Origin: Pseudomonadota bacterium
Lineage (GTDB): Bacteria; Desulfobacterota; Desulfobacteria; Desulfobacterales; RPRI01
NCBI GenBank assembly: GCA_043825875.1
Contig: JBDRRF010000074.1
Location: 1-45,039, forward strand
Direction of reading: 5' to 3'
DNA length: 45,039 nucleotides
Within the stretch, counting starts at the first letter, position 1, and the number at the start of each line of letters is the position of its first letter. Of this stretch, positions 38,691 to 45,039 are shown in pieces. The position numbers and the translations under genes are program-made. Below the pieces are notes generated by a model, which ran no database searches, was not told the DNA's origin, and saw only the letters and a program-made list of their open reading frames with translations.

Positions 38691-40604
38691 TTATAATCCC
38701 AATCCTGCCCGGCGTTCATCTATGGCGGTCAAAAGTTTTTGTGCTGCGGATTCAGGATCAAGGTCCACAATAAAATAACCACCTGTAATATCTTTGATTT
38801 TTTCCGTAAGGATTTGAGTTACAAGCGCACTACCGGTTACGGGAATCATTACTCCCACATGAGTGGGAAGTCCTGCTGCAACTGAATATGTACCGATAGA
38901 TACGGCTTTTTCGGATACGGCTTCCGCCGCTGATGCTACAACCGGAAGCTTGTCAGTATCAACACCAAGATAGTTTGCGACAGCAACTGCCAGAGCCACG
39001 GCCCTGGAATTATCAACACAGGAGCCTACATGTAAAACCGGCGGAAGAGGTCCGCCAAGTCCGTTTGCTTCTCCGATAGCCGTTAGTACTGCTTTAAGTC
39101 CGTCTCCACAAAGATCGTCAACACTTGAAGGGTCCATGAATCCATGCCGCATCAAAGCTCCAGCCCCGCATCCTGTGGCAATTACAAGCACATTGTTTTT
39201 AAGAAGTATACGGGCCATAGTTATAAAGTTTTTGTCCTGGGCCACCTTGACATTATTGCATCCTGCAAAAAGGCATACACCTCTGATGTTGCCTGATTTA
39301 ATATTATCAACAAGCGGTTTAAGAGGATCTTTTGCATCCAGTTTAGAAAGCGCCGCCACAATTGCTTCCACAGAAAATCCGGCTACCACATTTGAGCGGA
39401 TATCCGGAATATCAACAGTCTTGTTTTTGCGGCGTTTAAAACTTTCGATTGCAATGTTAAAAATTTCATCGGCCTTTTCAGCAGCCTTTTCCTCGGTAAA
39501 TTCGATATGCTTTGAATTTGTTATCTTGCAAAGATCCATAGTGGTTATTACAGGCGTTGTGAAGCATTCCGCAACCGAAACCACAGAAGGCATTATGCAC
39601 TGGTAATCCACTACCATTGCATCAAGCGCACCGGTTACGATAGCCATTTCCTGGCTTACTGAATGTGTACAGGAGGCAATACCGTGGCGCATCATTATTT
39701 CATTTCCGGTACAACATATTCCAACGATATTTATTCCCGATGCTCCTGCATCAACAGCTTTTGCATTTGTTTTTGGAGCAAGAGTCACCAATACATCCGA
39801 AAGTACCGGGTTATGACCATGAACTGCTATATTAACTGCATCAGCTTTTAACACACCCATATTTGCAGTTGTTGCTTTAGGCTGGGGAATGCCGAAAAGT
39901 ATGTCTGCCAGATCTGTGCCCATATAGCAACCGGCCAGATCTGCAACACCGCAGCGCAGTCCTGCAAGAAGAAGGTTCACCGGATCGGCATCTACTCCAT
40001 ATAAAGTCCTGTGCATAATCTCTGAAATTTCATGATCGATGCCTTTCGGCACCAGGCCCAAATCGCTAAGAGTTTTTGCACGGGCAGGAGTTACTACGGT
40101 TGCGGCCCAAAGCACAGGCGTTTCCTTTTCATGAAAATCGGCAAGAGCTGCCTTAGCCACATCTTTTGCTATGTCATTATCCGAACGACCGGTTACCGGG
40201 ATATTCAGGCGTGTTGCCACACTTTTGAGTTTTCCGGTTTCCTTGATCGAATAGTCTTTTACTTCTCCTTTTGCAACCTTTAACAAGGTATGAGCCAGAT
40301 GCTTTGCATGGCCGGAATGTGCGGCGGTACCGGCAGCAATTGCCCTGTCAAGGCCTCTTGCAACCATTGTATCGGCAGTTGCTCCGCATATACCCTCTTT
40401 GGGGCCTTCACCAAACGGATCGATACGGCAAGGTCCCTGAAGGCAATGCCTGCAGCAAAGACCTGTGTCTCCAAAACCGCACTGAGGCTTCATGGCCTCG
40501 TATCTGTCCCATACGGTTGTGATGTTTTGTTTTTTGGCTTTTTCAAGCATCTGTAAAACTGCAGGATCAGTGCTTTTGTCGCTGAATTGTTCCTTCACGG
40601 ACAT
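38691..40604 (-). CDS. cooS: Ni,Fe carbon monoxide dehydrogenase catalytic subunit
   Basis: CGFG..G.CCRHC..GPC; C-cluster ligands HGHNP, CCTG, DYQC, GCNN, TGC, GSCVDN; SEKA. Confidence 0.95.
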   Translation of the reverse strand: MSVKEQFSDKSTDPAVLQMLEKAKKQNITTVWDRYEAMKPQCGFGDTGLCCRHCLQGPCRIDPFGEGPKEGICGATADTMVARGLDRAIAAGTAAHSGHAKHLAHTLLKVAKGEVKDYSIKETGKLKSVATRLNIPVTGRSDNDIAKDVAKAALADFHEKETPVLWAATVVTPARAKTLSDLGLVPKGIDHEISEIMHRTLYGVDADPVNLLLAGLRCGVADLAGCYMGTDLADILFGIPQPKATTANMGVLKADAVNIAVHGHNPVLSDVLVTLAPKTNAKAVDAGASGINIVGICCTGNEIMMRHGIASCTHSVSQEMAIVTGALDAMVVDYQCIMPSVVSVAECFTTPVITTMDLCKITNSKHIEFTEEKAAEKADEIFNIAIESFKRRKNKTVDIPDIRSNVVAGFSVEAIVAALSKLDAKDPLKPLVDNIKSGNIRGVCLFAGCNNVKVAQDKNFITMARILLKNNVLVIATGCGAGALMRHGFMDPSSVDDLCGDGLKAVLTAIGEANGLGGPLPPVLHVGSCVDNSRAVALAVAVANYLGVDTDKLPVVASAAEAVSEKAVSIGTYSVAAGLPTHVGVMIPVTGSALVTQILTEKIKDITGGYFIVDLDPESAAQKLLTAIDERRAGLGL

Positions 40605-40701
40605 ATTATTATTCCTCCTTGAAAAGATATGTCACGGCCTTCTTGGCCGGAGTTGATTTTTGGATTTATTATCTTAAAATAAACAGCATTATGATTTAAA
40701 A

Positions 40702-40721
40702 TGCAACAATATATAGTTGCA
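40702..40721. promoter_or_regulatory. Palindromic operator candidate between cooS and por
   Basis: TGCAAC-AATATATA-GTTGCA. Confidence 0.4.
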
Positions 40722-40909
40722 ACCGGCATACTAAATCTTTTCTTTACAAATAGGTCCTTATGGCATAATTATATAATTATTATAGTTTTGTTTTCCATAT
40801 GCTGATTTCAAAATCGTCATAAATACAAAGGACTATATTAAGGGCTCTTGGGCAGTCCGTAAGAGTATGAAAACACAAAAAATCTGGTTCACATTATGAA
40901 TATTTTTAA

Positions 40910-44449
<3,540 letters not shown>

Positions 44450-44484
44450 TTCAAAGACTGTTTGTTAGATCTGCTTAAACAACC

Positions 44485-44559
44485 AAACCGCCATGGTATG
44501 TGACCCATATGCCAGGTGGTGTAAGGCAAGGGGAGTTGCAAGACTCCCCCTGTCACGAT
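44485..44559 (+). mobile_element. Group II intron 3' remnant (domains V-VI)
   Basis: AAACCGCCATGGTATGTGACCCATATGCCAGGTGGTGT (DV with CGC triad), then a GGGGAGT/ACTCCCC hairpin ending ...TGTCACGAT; no RT ORF. Confidence 0.7.
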
Positions 44560-44997
44560 TCTTCTTTCGGATGAGCCAGCTAAAATGAATCCAACACCTC
44601 CGAAATCCAAAAAGTTAATAATATCTCGTTACACTTATGCGAACTGGTTCCATAGTTTAACACCCACGGATAAGGAGGTGTATTAATATTTTTAAATCTT
44701 TTATATGAACTTAACCCTTTATATCTCTTTCACGCGATGAAGTAAAAATTGAATATGTAGATTAGTATATACTTGCCCATTAATTATAATAAACTGCAAA
44801 AAAACATTTGCTTTTCATAAAATCTTCTGATAGACAGCTAAAACTTATTTATAATCTCTATTCGGTTGATTAAAAAGTTCCTGCATTAGTAATTTATGGT
44901 TGCCGGCTGCTGAGTGCTGATTGTGTTCTTTATTTCTTGTTTGTTGCTTCTGCTCCCCGGCTATTGATACCAGATATAAAGCTAAAGGAGCACTGCA

Positions 44998-45039
44998 ATG
45001 AAAAGAATTCTTCTTTATTTGTTCCTGTTGGTCGGCCTG
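44998..45039 (+). CDS. 3'-partial CDS with probable signal peptide
   Basis: AAGGAG RBS then MKRILLYLFLLVGL to the window edge. Confidence 0.6.
   Translation, partial: MKRILLYLFLLVGL

Overview
AT-rich bacterial chromosomal window; gene content (hcrCAB-like molybdoenzyme, cooS-cooF, por, several sigma54 activators) suggests an anaerobic sulfate-reducing deltaproteobacterium such as Desulfobacterales (inference). Bases 1-6100 are a polymorphic-toxin island: two RHS core/C-terminal toxin cassettes with candidate immunity genes, followed by debris (an IS110-family remnant with a structured non-coding end resembling a bridge/seek RNA, a YD-repeat fragment, a truncated higA, a partial MITE). The rest is mostly metabolic and housekeeping: CPA2 antiporter, sigma54-driven 4-hydroxybenzoyl-CoA reductase-like operon with a divergent GAF-type activator, a TPR/DUF4037/DUF4125-like cluster, RluA-family synthase, thiolase and crotonase-family hydrolase, nth, hppA, ThiI-like protein, rlmN, a histidine kinase/NtrC-family pair, a CheY/CheX/REC-PilZ-Ser/Thr kinase operon, cooS-cooF-FAD oxidoreductase divergent from por, and a group II intron 3' remnant. 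The most notable unannotated element is a predicted ~70-nt sigma54-dependent sRNA with an anti-Shine-Dalgarno tract (about 30520-30592), with palindromic enhancer sites, promoter and terminator all visible right after the two-component genes. No CRISPR array, tRNA or rRNA was recognised. Family assignments come from motif recognition by eye, not database searches.
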